This document shows, piece by piece, positions 39,343 through 53,149 of a stretch of 64,000 nucleotides of DNA. The position numbers and the translations under genes were made by a program. Numbering within the stretch: the first letter of the stretch is position 1; every line of letters begins with the position of its first letter. Under the pieces are notes generated by a model. That model had not been told where the DNA came from and did no database searches. It saw nothing but the letters and a program-made list of their open reading frames with translations. Origin of the DNA: Octopus sinensis (lineage: Eukaryota); NCBI RefSeq assembly GCF_006345805.1, contig NC_043010.1, positions 4,464,001 through 4,528,000 on the forward strand, read 5' to 3'.

Positions 39343-40646
39343 GGATTGATAGAGAAAGAGACATTATACTATTGAAATCTTTACACCAGCCTCTTCCAAT
39401 TTGTCAGTGTTTGGATAGGCCTAAAGAAACCATTTTTTCAATATTCCTGTTACTTCTAATTTCTTTATTCAAAATACTGCCTTAATGTGTATTCTCTCTG
39501 ATTTATCTCCCTCCACAGCTCCTTTCTCTATCAACCAACTGCTCTCACAATGTCCACGTTGTATTTATTATATTGACTAATCACACATCCACAACATTTC
39601 TCTTGCTGCAGACAACACATAAATCCTCTTATTTCTAGCCACCATCTTATCTTACTTTGGTTTAAGCTATTCCTTAAATTCACATTACTCATCCAGCCAA
39701 TCGTATCACTTCTAATAGAATGATGACTGGGGAGACGGGTTGAGATGGTGGTTCTCAGAGACGCCTGCTGTATGAAAAACAATCAGTAAAGTGGGTGACA
39801 ATATATTTAATGTGATAAACAAGAAAAAAATAGTATTAAGTCGTTCAAATTACATCTACTGTAAGTAGAAAGAAAAAAAGACATTGTCTGAATGGCTTGT
39901 TCTCATAAAGAATGCCAAGAGAGACAACTCTGGAATTTAAATTGATTAAAAATTGTTATTGATTTAAAATTTCAAGTTGATTAAAAAGAAAATATAGTGA
40001 TGGTAAGAGCCTGATTTTGGACAATACAGTGATAATGCAAGAAAAATTTTAATTAATTACATTTCATTATCAAAGTCAAATCTAATTGTTACAACCAGAT
40101 AACCAGATCTTAAGTGAATTTTAGTGTTTCTGGATTGGCTGCATGGCCAAGAAGCTCACTTTATAACCACATGAATTTGGGTTCAATTGCACTGCACAGC
40201 ACCTGGAACAAGTAAGTGTTTTCTATCATAACCCCAGGTTGACCAATGCTATGCAAGGGAATTTGGTAGACAGAAACTGCGTTGAAGTTGGTCAAGTGTG
40301 AGCAAATGTGTGTATTTTTGTATCTGTGTTTATCCTTAGCACACTTCTTGAGAACTTTTGTTGGTTGGTTTACATCCTCATAAATTAGATGTTCAGCAAC
40401 AGAATATCCAGACTTAAAAATGTGTACTGGGTATGATGGTATGAATTAAAATCCTTCAAGACAGTGCCAATGATGGCCACAGTCCAATGACTGCAACAAT
40501 ATTAAACTTGCAACCAGATATATCAAACTTATGAAGGGGCGTGTGTTTGGATCCATGATATGCTAGAAATAACCACCAATTCTTCATCAAATGCCCCCAG
40601 ATTCTCATCACATATGAAAAATACAGACAGGATGGTCCTTACTGAA

Positions 40647-40924
40647 ATACTTTCATTTATAGATCTGCCATAGGTCTGCCTGATCAGGGCTGACCTAGGG
40701 CTAGACATCAGCAACAACAACAACAATAGCAATGCCACACTTAAATTCACATTACACATCCAACCAATTATATCAACCTATTGATATACTTTCATTTATA
40801 GATCTGCCATAGGTCTTCCTGATCAGGCCTGACCTAGGGCTAGATATCAACAACAACAGCAACAATAGCAATGCCACACTGAAATTCACATTACACATCC
40901 AACCAATTATATCAGCCTATTGAT
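40647..40924. repeat. 139-bp tandem duplication
   Basis: atactttcatttatagatctgccataggtc...cctattgat starts at 40647 and 40786, with few differences. Confidence 0.9.
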
Positions 40925-41539
40925 TTAGTATTTTTTTTTTGTAACAAAGTATTACATTTTCTGGGGTTTTTTTTATGGTGTTCACATCACCACAAAGTCT
41001 TCTTTTTGTCATGAATGAAAATCATTTGTTAATGTTGAAAACTGAAGAAACAAAAGAAAAACAAGGGAATTTTTATTTTATTCCAAAATGTCTTCCAATT
41101 ATTATGAACATAAGATACTATTGTATCATTATTCCAGCTAACAGTGCTGAATAAATCACTAGAGTTGACAAATATTGCTAGTTCTTCCACTAAACATTGT
41201 AGTGACTTCAATACATACCTTATGATGGTGGTGGTGGTGATGGTAGGGGTGGTGGTAGTGGTGGTGGTGGTAGGTAGTGGTGATGGTAGTTAGTAGTGGT
41301 GGTGGTGGTGATGTTGTTGTTGGTGGTGGTGGTGGTGGTGGTGGTGGTGGTGGTTGGTGGTATTAGTGGTGATGTTGGTGTTGGCAGTCATAGTTTTTGA
41401 TCAAACCAAGAAAACTATGTTTCCATTGTTTTTTTTTCTACAAAATTCCTCTTGATATCTATCCTGCCATTTTTCAGTGATGGCAAGTAGGATTTGAACT
41501 TAGTATACATGGAAGTAAGAAAGTGATATTCCAAGCTGA

Positions 41540-41860
41540 TAATTGGATGGAGAGTCTGTCCTCCCAACCTATATGCTGCCGTGGATGCTGCTGGAGGACG
41601 AACTCTGGTGATGTTATTCCATGCTTTCCAATCCATGGCCACTTCAGCTTTTCCTCAGTTTGTTTCACTCATGTTTTCTTTTGGTGCTCTGTGCTGGATT
41701 CTTCAATGCATGGGTTGATGCTGCCACAAAAGTTGGTGTGGTGGTCATCTGGTGTTCATCCTTCAGGTGTGGACAAACCACTGCAGCCTGTGCTGCCGGA
41801 CTTGGTCTTCAATGGTCAGCTGCTGCTGCTGGCACTGTTCTTGGGTGTTGTTGTTGTTGT
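41540..41860 (-). mobile_element. LINE ORF2 C-terminal remnant (RTE-like)
   Basis: LTIEDQVRQHRLQWFVHT*RMN...AMDWKAWNNITRVRP. Confidence 0.6.
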
Positions 41861-41893
41861 TTGAGATGCAGTCACATAGAGACACACCAAAGA

Positions 41894-42225
41894 TTTAAGT
41901 TAAGTTAAGTTAAGTTAATTTTTTGGCTCAAAAAGCAAAGAGTAAGGCCATGTAGGGGGACATGGAGTTATGTACAGAGTGGTGTTCATGCAAAGAGTTC
42001 AGGCCATTTCTGGTCAAGAGAGACTTTGAACCGAGCGGTCGTCGGCATCTTCACTTTCTCGTCCGGCAGCTTATTCCACAGATCCGCAACCTGGTCGGAG
42101 AATTTGACAAAGGTATCACATTTGAAACACCACAATCTTATTCCCGTCCTGTTTGAGGATGGTCCAGGTCTCAGCTCTGTACCACAAGTTATCCTAGCTA
42201 ATGGTCTAATAATTTTTCTAATCTA
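41894..42225 (-). mobile_element. CR1/L2-type 3' end with (TTAAC)n tail
   Basis: QVADLWNKLPDEKVKMPTTARFKVSLDQKWPELFA* followed by a (taact)n tail. Confidence 0.7.
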
Positions 42226-42489
42226 CTGTCCTCAACTGGTATTTCTTTTTTTACATTGAAAAAATGAAAGGCAAGGTTGACCTTGGCAATATTTGAACAC
42301 AGAATGCTGTGAGTTAAAACTAGTACTGCAGAGCTGTCCATCCAACATCCTTCCAAATTGTTTAAGACTCTAAATGAATTTAAAAGTGTCCTTCATTGTT
42401 TGTTTGCATGGATGGCTGTGACTTAATACTGAGAGTGTATTTGTTATTGCTGTTGTTGCTGCTGCTGCTGCTGTTGCTGTTGCTGCTGA

Positions 42490-42851
42490 GCAAACGGTCT
42501 TCGTCCCAGAGCTCGCAAGATGGGAGAAGTCCAAAACGTGGTCCTTTGCTATTCGTAAGACCCGCAGAAGAGAAAGCAGGTCAACCCCCAACACCGAGAG
42601 CATCGATGGATGGATAAATGCGCATCCAGGCTCAGCGGTTGCGTAGGAAGTCAGGGACAGGAAACAGGAAGAAAGAATGAGAGAAAGTTGGAGCGAAAGA
42701 GTACATCAGGGGTCGCCACCACCCTCTGCCGGAGCCTCATGGAAATTTAGGTGTAGGCTCAATAAACACACACAATGCCCAGTCTGGGAATCGAAACCGC
42801 GATCCTCCGACCGTGAGTCCGCTGCCCTAACCGTTGGGCCATTGCGCCTCC
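42490..42851 (-). mobile_element. SINE family B head with tail type iv
   Basis: B head at about 42780-42851, distinct tail running into (cag/caa)n. Confidence 0.75.
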
Positions 42852-43189
42852 ACTGTTGCTGCTGCTGTTATTTAGCTCCAGGTCAGCACCGGTCAAGCAG
42901 GCCTATGATCAATAGCATTTCATCTGTGAGTGTCAAGCAATTCTTTCTGTACTTGGAGAAACCAAAACCTATTATCCAATCAGATACGATGAGGAATATT
43001 TGGCAACTATTTCTAGCAGGTCAAGCAACTATATGCATGGCATACTATGGCATTATTTGACACTAAAGTTGTTGTGCAGCCCACATCAGCTTTGATAAAG
43101 CAAACCTATGATCAATGACTTGTCTCCAACCACAATTATCCTCCCTTATTTTTACTCATACTGCATGTAGAGCCATATTACCTCTCTCT

Positions 43190-43581
43190 CTCTCTTTTAC
43201 TCTTTTACTTGTTTCAGTCATTTGACTGCGGCCATGCTGGAGCACCGCCTTTAATCGAGCAACTCGACCCCGGGACTTATTCTTTTGTAAGCCCAGTACT
43301 TATTCTATCGGTCTCTTACGGGGACATAAACACACCAGCATCGGTTGTCAAGCAATGCTAGGGGGACAAACACAGACACATAAACACACACACGCATATA
43401 TATATATATACATATATACGACGGGCTTCTTTCAGTTTCTGTCTACCAAATCCACTCACAAGGCTTTGGTCGGCCCGAGGCTATAGTAGAAGACACTTGC
43501 CCAAGGTGCCACGCAGTGGGACTGAACCCTGAACCATGTGGTTGGTTAGCAAGCTACTTACCACACAGCCACTCCTGCGCC
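43190..43581 (-). mobile_element. SINE family A
   Basis: Full head with a small internal deletion. Confidence 0.9.
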
Positions 43582-44081
43582 AATACTCTTCTTTTATAAA
43601 TTAGTAGATTCTAATTTGAGTAAGATTTCACAGCTATTTCTAGTAAGGAAATGTTTTACTAAGAGGAAACTACTAAATGTCATGAGAGGGAATTAACTAA
43701 ACATGAGTGCCAGGGTAGATAACTCTAGTGTATTCAAGCTTGCAGAGATGCTTCTATGGAATTTTAGGACATTGTAATCATTATCATTTTAATGTACATC
43801 TTTCGGACAGAGTTTACTAAGACAGATCTTTATGGCTGGATGCTCTTTCTACCATCAACCATTAACCGTTTCCAAGCGAGTTTATATTTCTCCATGTCCA
43901 GATATGTTCCCGCAAAATACTGGAAATGAATGGTTTTTCAGTTACAACAATTGTGCAATGTCAGGACAAAGAAACACAGATGCATATGCATGCAGAGTAA
44001 CATCCACACATGCACACACACACATACTCACATACACTCGACAGGCTTCTTTCAGTTTCTGTTTAATAAATTTGTGGCCTT

Positions 44082-44421
44082 TGCCAGCACCACCCCAACT
44101 GGCCTCCGTGCCGGTGGCACGTAAAAAGCACCATCCATTCGTGGCCATTGCTAGCCTCGCCTGGCCCCTGTGCCGGTGGCATGTAAAAAGCACCATCCGT
44201 CCATGGCCGTTTGCCAGCTCCGTCTGGCACCTGTGCGGATGGCACGCAAAAAGCACCCACTACACTCACGGAGTGGTTGGCGTCAGGAAGGGCATCCAGC
44301 CGTAGAAACACTGCCAGATCAGACTGGGCCTGGTGCAGCCTTCGGGCTTCCCAGACCCCAGTTGAACCGTTCAACCTATGCTAGCATGGAAAGAGGATGC
44401 TAAATGATGATGATGATGATG
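44082..44421 (+). mobile_element. Family D RTE-tail element (three modules)
   Basis: gtgc(c/g)g(g/a)tggca..aaaaagcacc three times, then the shared tail and (gat)n. Confidence 0.8.
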
Positions 44422-45289
44422 AAATCCATTCACAAAGCTTATGGTCGGTTGGGAGCTGTAATAGAAGACACTTGCCCCAAGGTGCCAGACAGTGGGATTG
44501 AACTTGAAACCATGCGGTTTGGAAACAAACTTCCAAACCACACAGCCAATGATAAATCAATAATGAACATGATATGTCAGAACAGAAGATAAAATGGTCA
44601 CAACTGTTAAGAATAACTTCACAGAGAAACATTTCTCTCATCACATGTGAATACCTTCAGAGAATGACAGAAGTTATGCCTCTGCATGAAACAGGCTTTA
44701 AACCCCTATAACAGTAAGTGTTTTACAAAGTCTACTTAATATTTATACAAGTAATAATGGGCAACATGATTTACAAACAGACTGAAAAAAAACATACAAG
44801 TTTACAATGACATTGACATCAAAAACAGCAATGATATAAGCAGGAAGCAGTGTTGTTTCTCTCTTTTCAATATTACAGGTCTGCATAGAATACATTTATA
44901 AATAAATGCTTCACACTCACACACAAAAGAAAAATCTAAAAATTGTGCAATACAGTCTAGTAAAACATAACATTTAAAACATCTTTTTTGAACTAAAAAA
45001 AACTATATCATTATTATCAAACGCAATATTCAGACATTCATACAGTAATAATTCAAGAAATATTTTTACTTCCTGAATACACAATTCCCAGCTTTCCAAA
45101 TTATATTCAAATCAAACTAGACAGACCCTTTCATCATAAAAGTTTAATTACATATATAAATACATGTGTTCAATATTTAGATGTTATAAGTGACATTCGT
45201 GAACTAATAGGAAATGACACTTTACTAAAAATGCAGGTTTTCAAAGTAAAATCTCAATAATATGAAGCACCACTGTAATAGAGACATAC

Positions 45290-45960
45290 AAACGCATACA
45301 TAAGTACATACATACACACATACATGCATACATACATACATACATACATACATACATACATACATACATGCATACATACATACATACATACATACATACA
45401 TACATGCATACATAAGTACATACATACATACATGCATACATAAGTACATACATACATACATACATACATACATACATACATACATACATACATAAGTACA
45501 TACATACACGCATTCATGCATACATACATGCATACACACATACATACATACATACATACATACATACATAAATACATACATACATTCATGCATACACACA
45601 TACATGCATACATACATACATACATACATAAGTACATACATACATACATACATGCATACATGCATGCATGCAAACATCAATCTATCAATCAATCTATCTA
45701 TCTATCTTTCTATCTATCGGTTTGCATGTATGCGTACAGTTAACAATTTCACCAAATGCATCGATCAATCAATCAATCAATCAATTCATCAATCAATCAA
45801 TCAATTCATCAATCAATCAATCAATCAACCAATCAGTCTAGCCATCTATCTATCAATCTGTCTACCTATCTATCTATCTGTTTGTCTGTCTGTCCATCCA
45901 TCTGTCTGTCTGTCTATCTGCTTGCCTATCAGTCTATCTCTGCGTGTTTGAGTGTGTGTA
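45290..45960. repeat. Compound (TACA)n/(ATCA)n/(TCTA)n/(TCTG)n microsatellite
   Basis: Direct inspection. Confidence 0.9.
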
Positions 45961-45999
45961 CAATTACTAACCTCACAAACTATTCCAAAAGGATGCACA

Positions 46000-46509
46000 C
46001 TCCATCTATGATATAACAGTTTAACACTCTCACAATACCATCATTCGAGAAGGTTTGAATGCCATCAACATCTCCTGGTTCCCAAATGGTAGACTACAGA
46101 ATAACAACATAACAGCATTACAACTAAACACTCTTTACTTTCTAAACAATTCACACTGATACATACACACATACCTCATCATGCAAACTTCAACAACTCT
46201 TTCTCAAACATTGTATTCTATTCCACTCCTAGCTTCCGCAGCCACGTAGCAAACAATTCCTCAACTTTTCCTTGATGAATTATTATCACAATACGCTCAC
46301 ATATCAATGAAGAAAGCCAAAGCACTTTAGAAACTTCAAAAAAGCACAATGGAGTGAGTTTCATGAAGAAACAGAATCAAGGTTTCAGAGTTCAACAATA
46401 CTTGTGAATCACTAATATAGATACTCCAGTACATACATTCAACAAAATAATTATAAACACTTCTAAAAGAGATATCCCATAAGGCAACATGAAATATATA
46501 TATATATAC

Positions 46510-46572
<63 letters not shown>

Positions 46573-46589
46573 CATACATACATATATAG

Positions 46590-46622
<33 letters not shown>

Positions 46623-47945
46623 GCTGCAATTACAAACCAAAAATAGCCAATCTCATAAAAACCAGGAATGACATCAAACACAATATGCCAGAATCACATA
46701 GAACTGAAATAAAATTCAGCATCAAACACCCAAGAAAGAAATAACAATAAAAACATAAATAAGCCATAAAAAAGAAACAGAAAACTGGAAAACATATGTA
46801 TTCTATAGAAACCACAAATCTAACAGTAAAATACTATTTGGAGTAATTAGCACCATCGATGATAACAAAGGTTACACCATACCCTGTGTCCACTATAACA
46901 ACCTCAAATATCACACCCAGACAACAAAATCAGGCAAATGTCTACATCAGGTATTTTACAAAAATCAGCCACCGAAATCAACTCAAAGGAGACAGGAATA
47001 TGAAATGCAAGATGTCCATTCCCCCCCCCCTCCTTGACCACAATTGTGACCCTTTTCTGCCCCCTGCCACCAGACACTCCTAAAGCAATAAGGAAATCAA
47101 AAAGCTTCAAGGCTAAACAAAATCAGTCGAACACCTAAAACATATATTTGGGCCTGAAGTAATCATGGCATTCACAAACATTTACAAATATTCATGTCAA
47201 TGCTAGTTAGATTCTTAGAATCTGGAAGCTGGGAAAATTTACTGAAATTAGAATTTTTAGGAAGCCCAATCAAAACCCAAATGCTCAAATATCACAGAGA
47301 TTTATCACTCTCATATGCACAGCTTGAAAATTCTTGAAAGGCTAATTAAAAATTTTCAAAAAAGCCTCATGGCTAAACAAAATCACAGTCCTACATCTAA
47401 AACACATTTGGGCCCGAAGCACTCACCAACTTCTGCAAATATTCATGACAATGCCTGTCAAGTTCTTAGACTCTAAAAGGTAGGAAAATTTATTGAAATT
47501 AGAACTTTTAGGATATCCAACCAAAACCCAAATAAACTAATATTAGAGAAATTTATCACTCTTGTGCAGTTTGAAAATTCTTCAAAGGCTAATCCAAAAT
47601 TCTCAAAAAGCTTCATGGTCACACGAAATCACTGAATAACATCTAAAACATAAACCTGAAGTAATCATGAGACTCACCAACAGCGACAAATATTCATGAC
47701 AAGTCTGTCAAATTCTTAGAATCTTGAAGGTGGGTAAATTCTTAAAATTAGAAATTTCTGGAAGCACAGCAAAACCCAAATAAAGTTACAGGGATTTATT
47801 ACACTCGTGCACAGCTCAAACATTTTTGAAAGGCTAATCATTGACAGCAGTAATCCACACTTCACTGTCTCAAATTCATAATGTGTATCCATCTCACTTC
47901 ACTGTTCACAAACCTAACTTAGAAGATACTTGATGGTTTCAACAA
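46000..47945 (+). mobile_element. Decayed I/Jockey-like LINE ORF2 (endonuclease-RT linker to RT domain 2), split by (AT)n and carrying a triplicated segment
   Basis: FKKAQWSEF...[14 protein letters not shown]; QANVYIRYFTKISHR; three copies of an HLGPE..LTN...WK.GK...KP...LE(R)L-like segment; then LFTNLT*KILDGFNNN. Confidence 0.65.
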
Positions 47946-48689
47946 CAACCAAAAAAAAAAAGACTCCTACACATAGTATTTTAGCTTCATTAATATACTT
48001 TCTACATCGTTCTCTTCCCATAATACAATTTTAACTCCATTAATATGTTTTCTACATGATTTTTGCTACCCACTCATAGAAAAAAAATTCAAAACCACCC
48101 AAAGAAATACCACAGAACAAGAAGGCCTCTGTGGGCTTTGTGTGATAGCTGAAACTGCTAAAAATAGCATCTAGATACCTTCAAATTACACAGTATCTCA
48201 AGAAAGAAACATTAAACAATGTAGTCTAAAGTACACACACACACAAAAGAAGACAAAAGTGAATAAAAGCAAAACAGGAAGGTCATGAATGGAATGGCTT
48301 TGTTAGCAAATGTTTTTACAGTCAGAGTTTAACACTTTGTTACCATATTTCTGTTGAAGTATACAATTTTTGTGTCATTTAATTTTGAAAGTAATAGAAA
48401 ATTTATGAAAATAACTTTGTCATTATTAAGTAAGTGTTTGGAAGACAAACTAGGATGAAATAATGAGGTAATAAAGTAAGAAAAGTTCAGGGAACTATTA
48501 CTACTGCTAGCAATAAAGGGACTCTTCATGTGAAGGGGTTGATTGAATGGTGTTTATCCACAAATAATGAGTTGCTTGAGAATGAAACAGGGTATTGAAT
48601 GCAGGGGATGTACAGAGGCTGGAAAGAGATAAAATGAGTAATGCTTCACTGGATGGGTAGTTTTAGTGTACCTAAACAACAAAGAAGAA

Positions 48690-48887
48690 ATGACACTGTT
48701 CTATATTTAAGAGATGAGGAATTATGTACATTATTTACATTATTTACATTTGCTGGATATTTGTCCTCATCTTGTTTGTTGTTAACACAACGTCTCGGCT
48801 GGTATACCCTCCAGCCTTCTTCAGGTGACTTGGGGAAAGTTTGAACCTGGGTTCTCATTCCTAAGGTTTTTTTCTTTTTCGATGTTA

Positions 48888-48900
<13 letters not shown>
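48690..48900 (-). mobile_element. Penelope-like terminal fragment with hammerhead motif (48786-48827)
   Basis: CAC-CUGAAGA-A-GGCUGG(AGGGUAUA)CCAGCC-GAGAC-GUU-GUG. One core change (GAAA to GAGA). Confidence 0.6.
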
Positions 48901-48921
<21 letters not shown>

Positions 48922-48949
48922 GATTATCATCATCATCATTCTCTTTTTT

Positions 48950-49490
48950 TACTGGGGTAAAATATATGAAGCCCAGTATACCCATCATGACTACCTGTCT
49001 GATAAGGGGTACACCAGGCACATGCATCACAACCATATGTTGTGCAACATGGTGATCTCATATCAAGATAAATAGTGCATGACTTTGCAGGTGGTGCCCA
49101 GTTAGAATTTTCCTCTGGTCAAGTAACCCATCCCGCTCAAAAGGTCCCTGAATAAGGTTTGTTTAAGGATGATGAACGAAACACCCATGTTTCCAAGGGT
49201 GAATTATCCAAACCCCAAAGAATTCTGCTCAACACATAGCTATAATGCTCCCTCACTACTGCTTGTGATCAGAGATGCACATATCATCAGCCACTAAGGG
49301 ACATGGTCAACTGGTTAAGGTCAAAGAACAGACAAGCACATCTGTAGTATTGAGCAGAATATTTGCTGTAGCCCATCTTTTATACCAAGACAAAACATAT
49401 TGTTCAGGTCACTGCTTGGAATCGAACTCGGAATCTTGAGGTCTGTAGCCTGCACTCTTAACCACTATGCCATATGCCCGTGGGCATGAC
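48950..49490 (-). mobile_element. tRNA-headed SINE-like element (fifth family)
   Basis: Minus strand ggcatatggcatagtggttaagagtgcaggctacagacctcaagattccgagttcgattcc has A and B boxes. 3' limit uncertain. Confidence 0.5.
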
Positions 49491-52400
49491 TTGAGAAGAA
49501 ATGACTTGAGAGGAAAACGGGATAAAAAATGTCAGATGTTGTATGCACGAGAGAGAATCATACTGATATTGATATGTGATGCATATGGAAGATGAGAGTT
49601 TGGTAAAGAAGTGGTTAGAGATCCAAGTGGAAGACCAAAGAAGACATGGACAGAAGTGAGGGAAGTGGATCTCAAGGAAATGGAATTTATCATTTTAAAC
49701 TCAAAGGTAGCAAGGTGACATAATTGTTACAGTGTCAAAATGTAATGCCTTGTGGTGTTTATTTCAGATCTTTACATTCTGAGTTAAAATCCTTGTGTAA
49801 TCAACTTTGCCCTTCATCTTTTCTAGGGTCAATAAAAAAAGTACCAGCCAAGTGTGTTGGAGTCAGTGGTATTTATCAACCCCCTCCCCTCAAAAGTTCT
49901 GGCCTTGATTTAAATCAGAAATCATTATTTCAAACGGAAACAGAAAAATATTTATTGTAAATAATAAAATAGTTTATAAATTATGTTACTTCATAAGTTT
50001 TTTGATAATACAATCTAAGACACAGCCTCTGATTTACTGTTTCAGCTACTTGAAGAGGTTATAGAAGTTATGTTGTCACTATGCTGGCTTCACTTACATC
50101 CTCACTGAAATATTTAATGGCTAAAGGCTTGGAATGTATGAAGAAAACAGTTGTTAAGGACCAAAGAATGTACTTGGATTTCAAGCAGGCTGGAAGAGAA
50201 TCAGCACTTCCCATATACTGATTGCATTAAAACAATTAATAATAGGAGAAAACATAGCTTAAAGACAGTGATTTGCTTATTATGTTTCTATTTTCTATAT
50301 ATTTGCAACTTAATCAGCGCTAAGTGGTACTGGCCTTGGCATTATGACAAGAATTCTTTATGGTGGGAAGACAATTTTGAAATTTCTTCTGCTACTTGCA
50401 ATAAAGTGTTTCTTCATCCATAGTTAAAGGATAGATGACATTTAAGAAGACTGGTTGTGAGCAGCAGTAAAATATAAATGGAGACATTCCAATAAATGAA
50501 GAAGATTTGTTGGACAGATGACGATGACATAAAACACAAGCGAAAAACAATTTTGTATTAAGTAATGACTGCTAGCAAGGAATATGGTGAGAATTATTGA
50601 TATACGGGGAGCAAAGATGAGAATGAATTTAGCAACTGATGACAGTTGATGTAGATTTGTACAGAAGGAGTAAGATAAATACAGGAGAACAAGTAATTGC
50701 AGTTAAGATAATATTAAGATTACATGAAAGCTAAGTGGAAAGAAATGATAAAGGGAAGCCTAGCTGCTGTTTATGGCTGCAGAGGGTTTGGCCTATAAAA
50801 CACCTGCAACATATCCCTTCTCTTAATACCTATGACACTCAAGAGTAACATATTGTTTTAAAATATTTATCTCCTTCGTTTGATATGAACAAGAACATAT
50901 ATAAGAAAATAGCATCAACTTATATCATCACAGATTTGAATTCTGCATTCTATTGCCAGGATCATTTAGGGAGTCAAAAGTAGCATAAACTTAACAAATT
51001 CTAGGGTTCAATTTGCTGTGGACATTACTTCAGTTTTAAAAGAACCAGGAACAAAGAGGGTCCTAAACAGATGTGGCAAAATTTTATTGCCATGATTCCT
51101 TTCTTACAAGCAACCACTTTATAGCATCAATCATGCAAAACAAGGAAAATAACAGCACAACACATACATGCAGTAATATGGCTGGCATTTGGAAGGGCAT
51201 CCAACTGTAAGAATATTACCAAAGCTGATCTTAGAACCTGACACTGTCCTGCATTTCACCAGTTCCTGTCAAACCATCCAACCCATGCTAGCATAGAAAA
51301 CTGATGTTAAAAGATGATGATGATAATGAACATTGTCTCAGGCCAACCAAAGCTTTGTGAATGGATTTGGTCGACAGAAACTGAAAGAAGCCTGTTGTGC
51401 ACATATGTGTGTGTCTGTGTTTATCTCCCAGCACCACTTGACAACCGGTGTTGGTGTGGTTACATCCCCATAACATAGAGGTTCAGCAAAAGAAACTAAT
51501 AGAATAAGTACAAGGTTTAAATAAAAGTTCTGGGGTTGACTAAACATTCTTCAGGGTGGTGCCCCAGCATAGCTACAGTCGAATGACTGAAACAAGTAAA
51601 AGATTAAAGATAAAAGATTAACAACTATAAAATAAAATGCTATAAACAAAATTACCAAACATTTATCTTTTATCTTTTACTTGTTTCAGTCACTGGACTG
51701 TGGTCATGCTGGGGCATTGCTTTGAAGGGTTTTAGTCAAGAAAATCAACCTTATTTTAAAGTCTAGTATTTATTCTATCAGTCTCTTTTGCTGAACTGCT
51801 AAGTTACTGGGACACACACATATTAATACTTGTTGTAAGTGGTGGTGGGGGACGAACACAGAGACAGACACATGCACACAAAGACACACACATACACACA
51901 CGCTTGTATACGATAAGCTTCTTTCAATTTCCATCTACCAAATCCACTCACAAGGCTTTGGTTGGCCCAAGGCTATAGTAGAAAATACTTGCCTAAGGTG
52001 CCATGCTGTAGGACTGAACTGGAACCATATGGTTGGGAAGCAATCTTCTTGTGGCTCCATTACTGAGCTATGCATGCCACATTAAGTTGTCTATGCAACA
52101 TCAGGTCATATTTACCCCATTTCCATTGTATACACAACGTAAGGATAACTGATTGGATATGCTTTTTCAATTCTGTGCACACATTAGCATAAAGATACAT
52201 ATGAAGACACTCAAATGCACTCACACATAGAAATGCACAAACACTAATATTTATACAAAGATAGTGGTATTGGTAATAGGATTAGAACTGTGGCAGTCAG
52301 GTGGAACTTGGAGAAGTTTATATTAATGGCATGAAAATGGAGGAAAGACAATGAGTAAAAAAAAAAAAGAAAAAGAAAAAGAAAAGACGATTTCTTGAAA

Positions 52401-52537
52401 AATCAATGAAATGAGTGAATATAAATCTGATGAGTTAAAGAGACAATGAATTGAATTTTATTATTCTGTGAACTTATGGAATAAAATTCAAAAGGATGTT
52501 TAGAAATCAGAATATCTATCTGTCTGTCTGTCCCCCC

Positions 52538-52591
<54 letters not shown>

Positions 52592-52593
<2 letters not shown>

Positions 52594-53004
52594 GCGCAGG
52601 AGTGGCTGTGTGGTAAGTAGCTTGCTAACCAGCCACATGGTTCCGGGTTCAGTCCCACTGCGTCGCATCTTGAGCAAGTGTCTTCTACTATAGCCCTGGG
52701 CCGATCAATGCCTTGTGAGTGGATTTGGTAGACGGAAACTGAAAGAAGCCCGTCGTATATATGTATATATATGTATATGTGTGTGTGTGTATGTGTTTGT
52801 GTGTCTGTGTTTGTCCCCCTAGCATTGCTTGACAACCGATGCTGGTGTGTTTATGTCCCCGTCACTTAGCGGTTCGGCAAAAGAGACCGATAGAATAAGT
52901 ACTGGGCTTACAAAGAATAAGTCCCGGGGTTGATTTGCTCAACTAAAGGCGGTGCTCCAGCATGGCCGCAGTCAAATGACTGAAACGAGTAAAAGAGTAA
53001 AGAG
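52592..53004 (+). mobile_element. SINE family A, full length
   Basis: Close to the family consensus seen across copies. Confidence 0.9.
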
Positions 53005-53007
53005 TAT

Positions 53008-53046
<39 letters not shown>

Positions 53047-53149
53047 TAGATATAAATATATATGTACATTTATATATATGTGTGTGTGTGTGCATATGTG
53101 TGTATACAGTTATGTGAGCGTGTGTGTGTTTCTATATGTATGTATATAT

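Noticed and set aside
39531-39782. Cys/Trp-rich minus-strand ORF and apparent splice acceptor
   Set aside because: Other frames resemble a decayed RTE C-terminus, and no coherent exon is supported.
3867-52433. Other CTGANGA matches (3867-, 5468, 8663-, 11799, 13208, 17945-, 18012, 31625, 32085-, 37278, 50636, 52427)
   Set aside because: No properly placed stem II plus GAAA and NUH. 31625 has a stem II but lacks GAAA and is at best a heavily decayed relic.
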